Shown here piece by piece: positions 32,901 to 44,900 of a stretch of DNA of 64,000 nucleotides; the stretch's first letter is position 1; each line of letters opens with the position of its first letter. The stretch lies in NCBI GenBank assembly GCA_002633005.1, contig NMRA01000033.1, positions 1,478,797-1,542,796 of the forward strand, read 5' to 3'. This DNA comes from Phoronis australis. Lineage: Eukaryota; Animalia; Phoronida. The notes below the pieces were generated by a model. The model made no database searches. It was not told the origin of the DNA and saw only the letters and a program-made list of their open reading frames with translations. The position numbers and the translations under genes were made by a program.

Positions 32901-35900
32901 ACACGCTTTGAACCTCAGAAGTGCTTTTACCTATTTGATGGATAGTTTTAAACGTTTAAGCTTCATTTTACTTCAAGTTTAAAATGTAGGCTTGTATGGT
33001 TAAAAGTTCCAATCCTGGACAAAAACCTGCGCATTAGGAGTGGTGTGACCAGACTTAATATTTTCTCTCATATGTTGAAAGGTTACACATAATTTGTACT
33101 CATGTTGCTCAAGAATTTAAAAATAACATTTTTGACATTTAGGCTTCAGCTATAGCTAGTCAAAATTGCGTAGATAAGTATGATTGCACAGGGTTGCAGT
33201 TTGTTTCTAATTTATTGAAGTCCTACGAAACTTTTCATGCACAGTTTCAGTTTTGTTTTGAGTTGGTGTTGCACATATTTCACTTTCTTGTTGCACGTAT
33301 GTCGCTTTTTCATTCTTAATAGTTTATGTTTTAATCCAAAATGTGCAAATGTTTACATGGTTATACCGGTATGTGGCTAGGCTACCGTACATCAGTTCCA
33401 TGTCTCGGCTACAGTGAAGGATTCATTCAGTCAGAGGTTATTCATTCACGTGAAGTTTGAAGACCACTAGTAGAGCATGGGTTCACTGTAAACATGAACT
33501 TTGTGTGACATTGCCCTTAGCCATTGTTAGGGTTAGCTTAAGTACCAGTATGTAATGGGCATGAATGAACTGAGTGAGTAGAACAGTGGTCAGAGTGGTC
33601 ACGGCTTAAAGTTTCTTTTGGACATTCAACTTTGCATACATGCCTACGTAAACTTTTTGTGGAGTATTACAAAACATTCTTCTATAAAACCAGACCAAAA
33701 CAGCAGACCCGAAGGGAAACACTGGGGTATGTGGAGTTCCCACTGCAACACAACGATGGATATTGAGTGGTAGTTTGCATTAGTAAGTGCTTGCCTCTGT
33801 AGAGGCAGTGTGAGGATATTTTTTGTGTTTACTAGATAATGTTGACAAACCGTACTGGGAATTTCCGAATAATAGGCCCACCCAGAAGAACGCCCCTGGG
33901 CGTATTTTCTGGAAATTATCCCAAACTATGTCCATTAGCATATTTTCAGTAACTGTGTGCGTATTTAAAAATCTGGTGGATTGTTCTGAACTGCGCATGC
34001 AATATGTTGTGGTGATGTAACATTTTTTTGTTTATATGATTAGCAAAGTATGAAGGACAGTTTGATAAAATTGTTTCCGAAAATATGTCCCCCTTTCCAA
34101 AAATACACTTGGGCATATATGTATAAAAAATAATTGCATGTGGTCTGGTACATTGAATTCGTTGCGATAGCTTTGGCCCCCTACTGATGACTTTGATGAG
34201 ACTGAAATTGACTAGTCATACTACACCGAAGCGTCGATACTCCGCTATTAAATCTTCCTGTTGACTGTTAAGTTAACTAGCATTGTTAACTTCTATCCAG
34301 GAGTGAAGTTATCCGTTAACACTGACCGCAGTTACCCGAAACATCGATGCGTCGACGCTAGTGTGAAAGGGTCTTTTGAGTTGACATACATGATTCAAAT
34401 ATTCAAATTTTTGTTATATCTGTGTTTGATTCAAAGCGAGATGATTACGGAAGTGTCTTTTGCTCCCCTGTCAACTGATGTAATTTCTGAACTGTTCTCT
34501 CTCTTTCAGGAGACTGTCCAACAGTCAATGAACAACTATGGTGCAATGGTATCTACAGACGACCCTGGTACGTCTTTCATATATACACCCAACGATTCTA
34601 CTGCGATTTTAATGTGACAATTGGGTGACCCACTGCAAATGGTCATGCCCTTGAAAATACTATGTGTTATCAATATTCAGATTAAATTCCTTGGGTACTG
34701 TTCTACACTTTTTGAGTAGGGTTGTGCTGCCAGAAATTCTAAATCCTAACGAGCACAGTGCTTGGACAACTGGCAAAATGGGGAACCAAGACAATCCAAG
34801 ACATGGTAAACTTTAGCAATAGTCTTACAATTTTTTACTTATCAAAGTAGGTCGTGAAAATGAAAACTTGTCATTCAATTACTAACTGTCTCTGCAAAAA
34901 ATGGCTTCTGCATATGGTACATGTAATTGGTTTGATTTTGCTCACAGGTTTACGGTATCTACAACAACTGCTTCCGTTCAGCTATACTCAGCTGTGCCAG
35001 CGGGAGTCACCGGAGGTACCTGTCGACTACAGCAAACCCCTCGATCTCAGCTCAACACCCAGCTCGCGACCCAAGTCCCCGAGCCGGTATTCGTCCCAGA
35101 AGGATGTCTTATCGGCACTAGACCCATCTAACATTGAACTGCGAGTACCAAGTGTACAGGCTAAGTCCAGGTGACTGTTAAGTATATTGTATGGTTGACG
35201 CACTGTTCACTTGACTGTTAGTGCCTTTGTTTCTGAATACTTGTGAATACTGAACTTTAGCTTTTATTTAGTATGCTACCAAAAATTAGGTTTCCTGTTT
35301 AGGGGAAAATGGAGTTTTGATTACAAATTTCGTTACGATGTTTTTTCAGCAGTAAACGGAAGGATGGTAGTCGTCGTGCGTACACGGAAGAAGAGCTTCA
35401 TGCGGCTGTAGCTGACATTCGCAGTGGGAAGCTGGGAACACGGCGGGCAGCACAGATCTACGGTGTACCGAGGTCGACGCTGCGCAATAAAATCTTCAAA
35501 ATGGACTGCGTGATTGCAGCCAGCAAGGCTCAGGCAGAGCAGAAGAAATCTCCAGCCAAACAAGGAGAACCGCTGATGTCGCTGGACGACCTGATGAAAA
35601 ATAACTCTGTTGACTCTGTCGCCACACCTTCCAAGTTAACCCCGGTAAAAGGTCATCTGTTCAAGTCAGAACCTCGGGAGAATGGCATCGAGAAGAGCAA
35701 AGAAGAGTGGGAGAGGAAGCTAGAACAGATTCGTCACAAGCATGGCTTGGACTCGCGCAAACCGCGCTACTGGGACATGCCATTTGCTGACATGATACCA
35801 GGACACAGGCAGAGATTTCTGGTGCCTGATTGGGAGGACGACAAGCGAAGGACGTCCATCTACGCTAACGAGCTGAAGTTGCCGTTCTTGCCCGTCCTTG

Positions 35901-36937
35901 TGCGTAAACTGGCTGAGGAGAGACTGAAGTCTGCCAAGGAGGAATTGTCCAATGGGGATGGTAGAAAACATTGTCGTCGGTCAACATCTGAGGATGAAGA
36001 TGATGAGGACGAATTGTCCAGTACGACAGTGTCACCATCCAAGACGACTCTGAAGATTCCGTCGATCAAACGTGTTCACGCTGAGATGAACGGTTTTGCT
36101 AATGAAGGCCCAGTGTTCTCAGATCACTCGCCGGCTGTAGATCAGAGCAATAGAGTGGGAGACACTTTGAAGGACATCATTGCGAAGACGATCGCAGACA
36201 AGATGCGTACACGTACGGGTATTGACTCCATCCAGAAGGTGAGAGCGTGGACAGAGTCTTGTAGAGACCTGGATCAGCCAGACACAAGCTCCCCATCAAT
36301 GGCACACTACACTCCTCCCCTGAAGAAGCTCCGACCCAAGCCTAGCTCAGAATCACCGGCCGCTTCTTCGACAACTGAGAAAACGACTGAGACTCCAACA
36401 AAGGCTTCTGATGGTTCCACGGGGAAGAAGACGCGTCCCAAGCGGGGGCAGTATCGCAAATACAATAGCCAGTTGTTGATGGAGGCAGTCAAGGCTGTGC
36501 AGAGAGGAGAGATGAGTGTCCATCGTGCCGGCAGTTACTTTGGAGTCCCGCATTCCACACTTGAGTACAAAGTGAAGGAGCGTCACCTGTTGAGGAAGAA
36601 AAAGATCGCCGAGCAAAAGAGTCAGCAGGAGGCGACGTCTTCTACCTCGAACACAACTACTAAAGCGGTGACGAGCGTGACGCAGGCGAGCTCAGCATTC
36701 CAGGGCATGGTAACCCCGGCGTTGTATTCGGCACCCATGGCCGGTGTGACTCCACTTGGCTTCTTCCCCGAATATGCTATAATTCCTCCCGTATCTATCG
36801 GGGCAGGCTTCGCAGTCAGCACCCCTGCCTCGGAGCTGCTTCGCAAGCTGCAGGCCAAGGTGCAAAGTCAGTCTCAGGGTGGGACTGAAGTGGACACTGG
36901 CGATAGCCAGAGTAATGAGAGCATAGTTGTGCAATAA
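19421..36937 (+). CDS. LCORL: LCOR/LCORL - E93 (Eip93F)/Mblk-1 family pipsqueak-HTH transcription factor/corepressor, ~703 aa
   Basis: Exons 19421-19514, 21694-21762, 23942-24021, 34510-34567, 34948-35170 and 35350-36937; phases 1,1,0,1,2; 2112 nt. N-terminus C..CAQERRAFKRELLSW..GLEAI..DW..ECFYC resembles the LCORL N-terminus. Also LQQLL, PLDLS, HTH1 YTEEELHAAVADIRSGKLGTRRAAQIYGVPRSTLRNK and HTH2 RPKRGQYRKYN..MSVHRAGSYFGVPHSTLEYKVKERH. Confidence 0.9.
20983..21392 (+). mobile_element. ~410-bp MITE, copy A (LCORL-like intron 1)
   Basis: Imperfect TIRs and internal caacttac/gtaagttg sub-repeats; collinear with 32119-32544. Confidence 0.8.
21694..21762 (+). CDS. LCORL: LCORL/E93-like exon 2 GLEAIAEQLGGKEKIKILFKPFN
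   Basis: ttacag|GTTTAGAA...AATG|gtaagt; phase 1-1. Confidence 0.85.
23942..24021 (+). CDS. LCORL: LCORL/E93-like exon 3 DLESEDPIDWKPDQECFYCHSRSKFIL
   Basis: tcccag|ACCTC...CTG|gtaaat; DW..CxxC motif as in the LCORL N-terminus. Confidence 0.85.
29425..29496 (+). repeat. (GTT)n microsatellite with periodic GAT (21-bp higher-order unit)
   Basis: Read directly. Confidence 0.95.
29911..29961 (+). repeat. (AAT)17 microsatellite
   Basis: Read directly. Confidence 0.97.
30604..30658 (+). repeat. 2x 29-bp tandem duplication (caaggtcatgtgggatatgaac)
   Basis: Read directly. Confidence 0.85.
32119..32544 (+). mobile_element. ~420-bp MITE, copy B (LCORL-like intron 3)
   Basis: ccatccac..acacagacttatcctagaaca ... 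tgttcgagggtaggctgtgtgtggatgg TIRs; shares ccttaccctagttattggata and tgtggacgctccact with copy A. Confidence 0.8.
33853..33920. mobile_element. Second copy of the 12090-12247 repeat end
   Basis: Reverse-complement similarity to 12181-12247. Confidence 0.5.
34214..34376. mobile_element. Short palindromic MITE-like relic
   Basis: acaccgaagcgtcga ... tcgacgctagtgtga inverted ends with internal gttaac repeats. Confidence 0.45.
34510..34567 (+). CDS. LCORL: LCORL/E93-like exon 4 ETVQQSMNNYGAMVSTDDP
   Basis: Strong polypyrimidine tract, ttcag|GAG...CCTG|gtacgt; phase fits both neighbours. Confidence 0.75.
34948..35170 (+). CDS. LCORL: LCORL/E93-like exon 5 (LxxLL NR box, PLDLS CtBP motif)
   Basis: cacag|GTTTACGG...TCCAG|gtgact. 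Confidence 0.88.
35350..36937 (+). CDS. LCORL: LCORL/E93-like exon 6 (two pipsqueak-type HTH domains)
   Basis: Reading frame extends upstream of the tracked ORF (35501) to acceptor tttcag|cag at 35349; stop TAA ends at 36937. Confidence 0.95.
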
Positions 36938-39900
36938 CTGTCGTCAGCGTTGCCATAGTAACCTGTTGCAATATGTTGTGCTAAGGACATAGGTAACGCT
37001 TGCTATTTATTTGCTGCAGTGCTGGCTGCTGAGGTCACTCCCCCTGTTGTCAAGTAGTGCAGTATTCATCAGCATGATTTGCTTTGAATCTCAGTTGCTG
37101 AAAGATCTTTATTAACTTATTCAATTATGCCAAACAAGAATAACCGCACCTCTCTCAGAGTGCGTCTGTTTACGTTGTCTCCCATGTACTCTTTATTAGT
37201 TGCTGTTTTTGTTATATCATACCCACATTTAATTAAACATAGGTGTTATCAATTTCGAGGGAATAATAGTTTAGAATCAAATTTCAAATAGTTTTTATCC
37301 AGCAGTTGTTGCTTGTCCCCAGTTTTTGTTCTCAGAACAGTTTTTTTTTTCAACCACCTTATGTCGGAGCTTGCATCTTGTTTTTGCCATTTTTATTGTA
37401 TTAATACACTGTAGAGGATTTTTCCTATTGTTGATAATATTAAAAACGACTTGTTTTTGTACATTTTGCATGTGTGCGTATTTATTTATTTTGTTTCTAT
37501 GTCATTTGTAGTAAGTAGTAAGAAAGCAATGAAGACGTGTACTATTTTAAATGTTGCTATAATATTTATTGTAATTTATTGTGACATGTCAAACTACTGT
37601 CAATCAGTGTAAATAAAAATTCATTTTATAAGACGGATAAGGTGCTGCCAGGCAGTGTAATTGGATTGTCTTGATTGGCCATTGTATTATGAACATAAGT
37701 TGTTTGACATCTGGTCATTTAGTAGGATGCGTGTTAGTTGATGTTTAAAGATCTGTATTTTGCGAATCTTGTTCACTCAGTTTCAATGGATTTTATTTGA
37801 CAGCTGTCTGTAATTTTGTTTTGTTGTCACTTGATCACCTCTAGCACTAGAAGTGAAACTGAGTTTGAACTTCAAATCATGAGTTATGGCAATTTTTGTA
37901 TCAGAATCACACGTATACTAAGGTACTCTGCTGCACCTGTCAACCTGTACAAGCCTTAATTCAATTACACTTACCTCAAGTTCGTGATTAAAACTAAGTT
38001 CGGTTTGAGTTCGGAGATGGGATTTCGGGGCCCAGGTTGTAGATCGAGATAGTGTGCTGAGGAGGAATTCTTTCTGTGTCGAGGATCCACAGAGGAAGAG
38101 TAGAAATGCAGAATCATCCGCTCGCATGCATCCTAGTAACGGCCTGTGCCATGCCTTGCACATTGTCACCAGGAAGCAATGAAAAACTTATTGTGCATTG
38201 ACAGTTTAGTTCTATTGAATTTTGCGAATCCATAATGTGGTGATTTAAAATGCAGTGCGAAACACAGTTCTGTGTTCTTTTTTGCAGTTGTCTTTTTGCC
38301 TGATTTAAGAGCAGACGTTTTTTTGGTCGTAAATGATAATGTAAACTTCATGTATTGCCCTCTGTTGTTAACCACACTGAGCAGATCTTTAGGAAACCCA
38401 CATCAGTGCTAGTTGATTAGAACTAGTTTCACTGAGGTTTTTGTTTTGGGAGCCAGTAGTATACCCTACTAACTGCATTCTGGCAAGTACACACCTTTCA
38501 TCAGGGATTCACATTTTACCTTCTAATACCCAACTTTGTTGTTAATTATTTGATTCCTTGGGCCTCAAATGAAGAATTGTTTGACACGTGTTCATGTAAG
38601 AAACCAGTTGATCCGTAAATCCCTGTTTTTCAATGTTTTCTTTTGTTAATGTGCCTCTTTCCGCTGTAGGTCATGTTGAATTTGAGACATGACAAAAATT
38701 TTGTGAATTCAGCAGTCGTTTGCCATGGATCTCAGTTAATTTGATAGTGCTCGGAGCTCTGTAGTGATTCCGGTTGCAATCCACTGTTTGTGTGAAGTGA
38801 GAAGTGTGGATTTGGGTTTTCATTTACCTGAACCTGACAGCCTAACAGTTGATGAACTAGGCTACGTTCGTAGACTGCAAAACACTATTTTTTACTTGTG
38901 AAAAATCTTGGTGAATTCAATCCCACAATTCCACACTCTAAGCCCGTTGACCAATCACTTCAGTGGCCACCATTTTGACGGGACAGGCTAGTGAGCTCTT
39001 AAGTATACTTGTGAAACGCAACGATTTTCAACATCTTGCCTTTGTCACAAGATTTGAGTTTTACAGGCTGCTCTCCCATTCACTATAAATGGTAAGTCTG
39101 ACACTATTCAGACTGAAGCTGCTTTGTTTTTGCTGTTATATCCAGTTATTTAGGCTAGCTCTCTTATTTTATGCAACCCGCAGTAAAATCTCTAATTTCT
39201 GGCAAAAGTAATTTCCTAGAACGTCTTTCATATTTTAAAGGCTTCTAACATCGTTTCTATCGTTCACAGTTTTTAAACATCTTGTTTTAGCTATGGAAAA
39301 GCATTCAATTTGGTGCTACATGAAATTTCATTTGTCTGCTGTATTGTGTCTTGAGAGTTAACCATACTACCAGTTACTCGGCCGACTCGAACATTAGTTT
39401 GGAAACCATTTAGTCACGACCGAAAGCAGTTTGTGGCTAGGTTATTGGGTACATTTACTGTTTGGAAGATGGATTGTGAATGAAACAGGTATGCTAGTAG
39501 CTGTCCTTCACTTCTGGGCATCAATTATTGTTAGGCTGGTGGCACCTGCTGCCATCTGTCAATGAACAAGTGTACTAGTTCCCTGAGGATTCTTTTCAAT
39601 ATGGTTCTTACACATCAGTGGCTTCAAATTATGTCAATTCTCCTATGTAGGGGCATAGCAATAGGATTTGTTAGCTGTAAAAGTGACTTAAGAACTGGAT
39701 TTTTTAACGTCGAGTCACTTGTATTAGTCATTGAAAGTATTTGTTGCCAGTAGTTCAACTTTATGCCCAATGTTGGCACATCTGCGTATCTCGGGCAAAC
39801 TTGGCTGATGAGTGACGCATACGATTTGGAATTCATGTTTCAGGTTTTACACTTGCTGAGTAGGTGCTGTTACGTTGATTTTTTAAAATGTATGTTACTA

Positions 39901-40034
39901 TGGCAATTGTAATGGGCATGGTGTTGAGAGATTATTTCCTAGCTGTAGTTTGTTGTTGTTGTTGTCTGGTTTAGTATTAAACCACTTGGAGGTCATGTAG
40001 TTTTAACTGAAATGAAATGTATTGTTTTTGTGGA

Positions 40035-40040
40035 AATAAA
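40035..40040 (+). terminator. Candidate distal poly(A) signal of the LCORL/E93-like gene (proximal AATAAA at ~37612)
   Basis: AATAAA followed by a TG/T-rich downstream element. Confidence 0.45.
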
Positions 40041-40310
40041 CTTGTGGTAAAATGTATTGTTGTATTTTCAAAGTTCACTGGACAGGTGAAACACAAGATT
40101 CAAATAGTTGAACTTGCATAAATCGAACCAAGCAGGGCTGAGATTTAAGGTGAAATCAAAGATTAATTGGAGTACCTTAACTGGAAGTAATACTGTAAAA
40201 CTTCATCGCAGTTGAATGAAAATCGGACATGTGCGTATTAAACTGGGGTATGCAAGTTTTACTGGAGTATATCACGAGATCGTTTCGAAAAGTAATTAAA
40301 TGAATAAAAC

Positions 40311-40543
40311 CAGGACTTAGAATTTTCCTCTTTTAAAGAGGATTTCCTCTTTTGGTTTCAGTTTGCTCTTATTTTATTTCCAACTTCCTCTTTTTTCGTT
40401 TCTTTTATCATTATTTTGACTTAGTGCAAAAAAATTCTTGCAGTTAAATGTTACAACGCATTTCTATCACATTAGTCTTCTTCGTATAATGATACATCAC
40501 GTGGAAAATTTCCCTTTTTTGTCGTGGGTCATTCCAAGCCCTG
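40311..40543. mobile_element. Degenerate hAT-like MITE between the LCORL-like and NCAPH 3' ends
   Basis: CAGGACTTAGAAT ... ATTCCAAGCCCTG inverted termini; internal ttcctctttt repeats. Confidence 0.45.
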
Positions 40544-41236
40544 TACAACACCCAGCTCGTTATTAACATCACAGAAAGGTTTGAACTAAATAGTTTTCAC
40601 ACAAGATGGAGTATATGATCTACAGGCCATCGCACCAAGGTAGTCCTCGTTACAAATATGATTGGGAACAAACCAATTGGTGTAAAATTGGAGTGAGAAC
40701 CGTGTGGACGATGGTGCATTTGAGGCATGTTTTTGTCCTAAGTTGTCCATTAACGAGGGTACCCATCCCGTTTCATTGAGATGTTCGGATGAAAGCAACA
40801 AAACGACCGCGAAATTTTTCTTCACAGCTGTATCTAAATGAAACCAATAAAACAAATACCGATCATCGGGGATGGTAAAATCTCACCAACTTCGGACACA
40901 ACATTGCCAACATCTGTTTTTTAATGGTTGCTAGCATCACAAGCATTTTTTAGTCAGATCTGCACGCCACCTGTTGGCCACATCACGTTACCAGCATTGT
41001 TGTGAATGATAACGAATTCTCAAAATATCTGATGTTAGCTATGGTTTAGAATACAAAAATGACAAAACATTCATTTGGTGCTATCTATTTTTGGTGGAAA
41101 ATAATAATTTCAGTGTCTGCCCAAATGTCCACAATTGGTGTTGGGGATTTTACCACGGCAGTACTGAAAAATTACTTATATACAGAAAGCAGTTGTATTG
41201 TTAAGTTTACAAAGTTACATGTTCTAAATATACAGT

Positions 41237-41242
41237 TTTATT
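41237..41242 (-). terminator. Candidate NCAPH poly(A) signal
   Basis: AATAAA on the minus strand ~620 nt after the stop codon. Confidence 0.4.
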
Positions 41243-41861
41243 CGCACATCACACAAAAATCAAAATATACCAAAAATTTACAATTACCAGTATAGTTAAA
41301 ACATGGTTCACATTCATTCCATCAAATTCTCTTCAATACCAAAAAAACACTGCGTTTCTACCTGGTAATTATCAATGTCTCTAAAATTTGCTACCAGTTT
41401 TAATCACAATGACTAAAATTTCAAAACTAAAAGACAAGTTTTCAACAAATGTTTCGATGTAAATTTACCTCTGAGAAAAAATAAGGTAAAAACCAACATA
41501 TTGCCTTATGCGCGTTACAAAAAATCCACTGGATTTAAAATAAAATTTCTACGTTAAAATAAATATTTGCAGAGTCCAAATTTGGTTGAGAGAGCCACGC
41601 AGACAATGTTTCCAAAGAAGAGAAAAATGAGTGCAACACCAAGACAGACATCAGAAAACATAAGAAATGCAGCCCGTAGCACAGAAAGCGTGTTCCGTAC
41701 AGTTACAGGAACTAGGGCAGTGGGCGGATAGATGACGTGTTTGTCCAGTTACAAAGAACTGTTGGGAATCCGGAAGAGCTTCCATAATTTGTTGCATCCA
41801 ATGGACACGTGCGTGTACTGAGGAATTTTCACCTGTCTCAGTAAAGTCCCGTCGCAGCTCA

Positions 41862-41924
41862 TCACTGTGCCCCTTGTAAAATCCTGAGATCCGTCAGAGA
41901 ATCATTGTGGACAATCTTTAATGT
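41862..41924 (-). CDS. NCAPH: NCAPH last exon TLKIVHNDSLTDLRILQGAQ*
   Basis: tttcag|ACATTAAAG...TGA; typical L.D..I.Q kleisin end. Confidence 0.9.
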   Translation of the reverse strand, partial: TLKIVHNDSLTDLRILQGAQ

Positions 41925-44900
41925 CTGAAAACATAAATTCCAATTAAAACGTGATTGTTCATAATATTTGAGGTTTTGCAATGATATCAGAAAGGGAATA
42001 CATAGGAAGTATTCTTCTACAATGACCTTGACCTTAACGTGAACACATTCTGTTGATGACCAGCCTACAGTTCACTACTTTAATGCACTAACAAACAACA
42101 AATCAGCAAAATACAGTAGTTTTCAAAAATGACGATATATCTTCTAATTTTCAAATGATCAAGTGTCAGATTTCCGTCTAGCTTTCATTTAGGTATTCAC
42201 CATGATTATGACGATGCAAGTCAAATCTCCTCACAATTCACCAACTTTTTTGTTTTTTGAAAATTACTGCAAGTGAAAGGTAACGAGATCAGGTATTTCA
42301 CTTGAAATGAAATTAATATTACAATATTACGTAATGTAGATTACAGATACATGAAGTACATAGTTCATTTTTATCCGTTAATCTCATGACAGATGACATA
42401 AATCTTCACTTTTCTAGTACCAACAGGTATTAACTTCAGTATTTAAACTCCATGCAGCCATTATTAAAATGCGTGACAACAGTGACACAAGGCATTGAAA
42501 TGTGCCCACGACAGCACGGTAAATACTTCTGGAGGTCTTTATTAGTTTCGTGCAATGTTAGATTGCTTTCACAGCTATGATATCAAAGCTGAAAATGGAC
42601 TGGCGCTGGTGCATGGCAGCCACACAGCTCTCTGTCAAGAACCATCAAAAAATCTATCAAACCATTTTGGACCATAACCCGCAGTACTTTGTTAAAAACT
42701 AAAATAGCCAACAGGAGGTGCTATGGCAGTCCAACCTGTACAATGATTCATTGGTGCCAGTGCATCCTAGCCATAAAACCTCAAGTCAGGTTTCGTCAAA
42801 ATCTATCAAGCTGCTCTGGCAACAACCAAAGAACAAGCAATACCTTGCGGCACACGAAAAAGATCAATAAGAGTGTTACTATAATTGCATCCGTCAAAAA
42901 ATCAATTGTTGTCGGCATATTCCATCCATAAATCATTGCGTCAAGTTTCATCAAAATACTTCAAGTCGTTACGATTATAATAATAAGTGGAAAAGGAAAA
43001 TCTCATCGACTCACAGGAGTAGTCAGATTCACCCCAAAATCAAATGGTGCCGGCACATTCTGCCCATAATTCTGCATCAAGTTTCGGCAAAATTGATCAA
43101 GTCGTTTCACCAATAATTGATAGACAATTAATTTCTTGTGCTGGTGCATTCCAATCATGTAAGTTTGTGTCATGACCCGGCAAGTGGATTTTGAGATAAT
43201 CGACAAATAAAAAAAAAGTAACGAAGATATAAGGACAGATAGGATGATGTCTTCATCCAATCACATTTTTTGTGGGTGAATAAAAACTGACCAATCACTG
43301 TTTCAAATAATTGTAAATGTACAACAAAAAACAAGACTCTGCACGGAATTAACAGTGTCGAAAATGAAGATTCACAGCGAACTTTGTTCGTCATTTTGTC
43401 ATCTGCAGCTAAAGTGGCTTAATTTGATTTCCAAACATGACGACTTACACTTCCAGTATGTTATTGGAGTTCTCCAGTCAAGCCAAGGGTATATATTGCA
43501 AAAATGCTGCATTTTATGGAAATCAAATGTAATATCCGAATACACGCTTGGAAAGTTACAGGTATACCTATACAACTGCAGCTTTATGGACGTTTTTGTT
43601 CCTTCAAGCAAGTCTATGCCCAAAAAAAAAACTTGATCTCAAACTGAACAAAAAACCAACTGCGTCGAGCACCCACAGAAGTAGTTACCTTTTCATTGGC
43701 TAAGTGCAACAGACACACAAACGTGATCGGGACGCTGAGATTACGAGCCATGTGCTTCGACACTTTATCTGGCAAAACGTGCATGAGTTCCTTGAAGGAC
43801 TTCTGACCCACGACCAAATCATGCTTCACAGGCCCCTCATTTTCAGCCTGATTTTCCTGAAAAGATAACAAACAATAGAAAATGTTTATTCGCAGACACA
43901 GAAAAGTTTATGTCTGCGATTTCGAAAACAACAAGAACACAGCAAAAACTTGCATAACTTGAATGCGCATGAGGAAAAACTTCGCTTAAATCGTACAAAA
44001 TTCGTAGTTACTGTACAAAAGCTTGGAAATGTTGGATTTTCTCTGTCTTATAGAAAGTCTCTTAGGGCTGTTCCAGTAAAATCTGTATGGGAGGGGGGAA
44101 GGCACCTTTTTTTCGCACCCACCACCCATATTTTTCATTTATTTCTTCAGCCTACCACCCATAATTTTTTATAAGTTTGAAATGCAACCACCCGTAATTT
44201 TTTTTTGTTCTTGTGGTTGACTGCACAGGCGCTTGAGTTTATCTGTTCCTCCATCACCACTAACGTCATTCATTACTAAGAAAATATATGTCTCTTATAT
44301 ATGGTTATTAGCCATCGAGAAATTCAATCACCTGTGGTTAAATGGTGTTATGGGCATGCCGATGAGGAGATTGGAGGGAGTGAAAAAGTCGGAGCTTTAT
44401 GCAAGTTGCATTTTCGTTTCAGTTTTTGATTCTGTGCGGATTGTTTATAAAATTTACTAAAATTACCCACCATCAAACATTTATGGCCCAATGAAACAAC
44501 AACGACCTGTAAATTTTTATTTTTTTGAAGTACGACCACCAGCTATTTTGAATTTAAATCAAACGCAACCACCCATAAATTTTTATTTCAGTTGCCTTCC
44601 CCCCCTCCCACACAGATTTTGCTGGAACAGCCCGCTTAAATCGTACAAAATTCGTAGTTACTGTACAAAAGCTTGGAAATGTTGGATTTTCTCTGTCTTA
44701 TAGAAAGTCTCTTAGTTGGATTTTATGCAATTGTTACTATATAATATCTGGCAATTAAAATAAAGTCTCACCAATGTTGAACAAAAGCAATAGCCAAATT
44801 TTATTTTGTTTTCATTTTTCAAAGCGTGCTTTCATTTCTGTGAATGCTTACAATTTGTCAAAACACTCTCTGTAGTGACAAAAGGGTAGAAGATCAAAAC

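Noticed and set aside
35720-36934. Several antisense ORFs over the large LCORL-like exon
   Set aside because: Shadow frames of a GC-richer coding exon
37972-37978. let-7 7mer-A1 site (TACCTCA) in the E93-like 3'UTR
   Set aside because: Attractive for a developmental-timing gene, but one 7-mer in ~3 kb is readily expected by chance; needs conservation data
36938-41861. PALI1/PALI2-type alternative long exon downstream of the LCOR-like gene
   Set aside because: No long plus-strand ORF before the NCAPH 3' end
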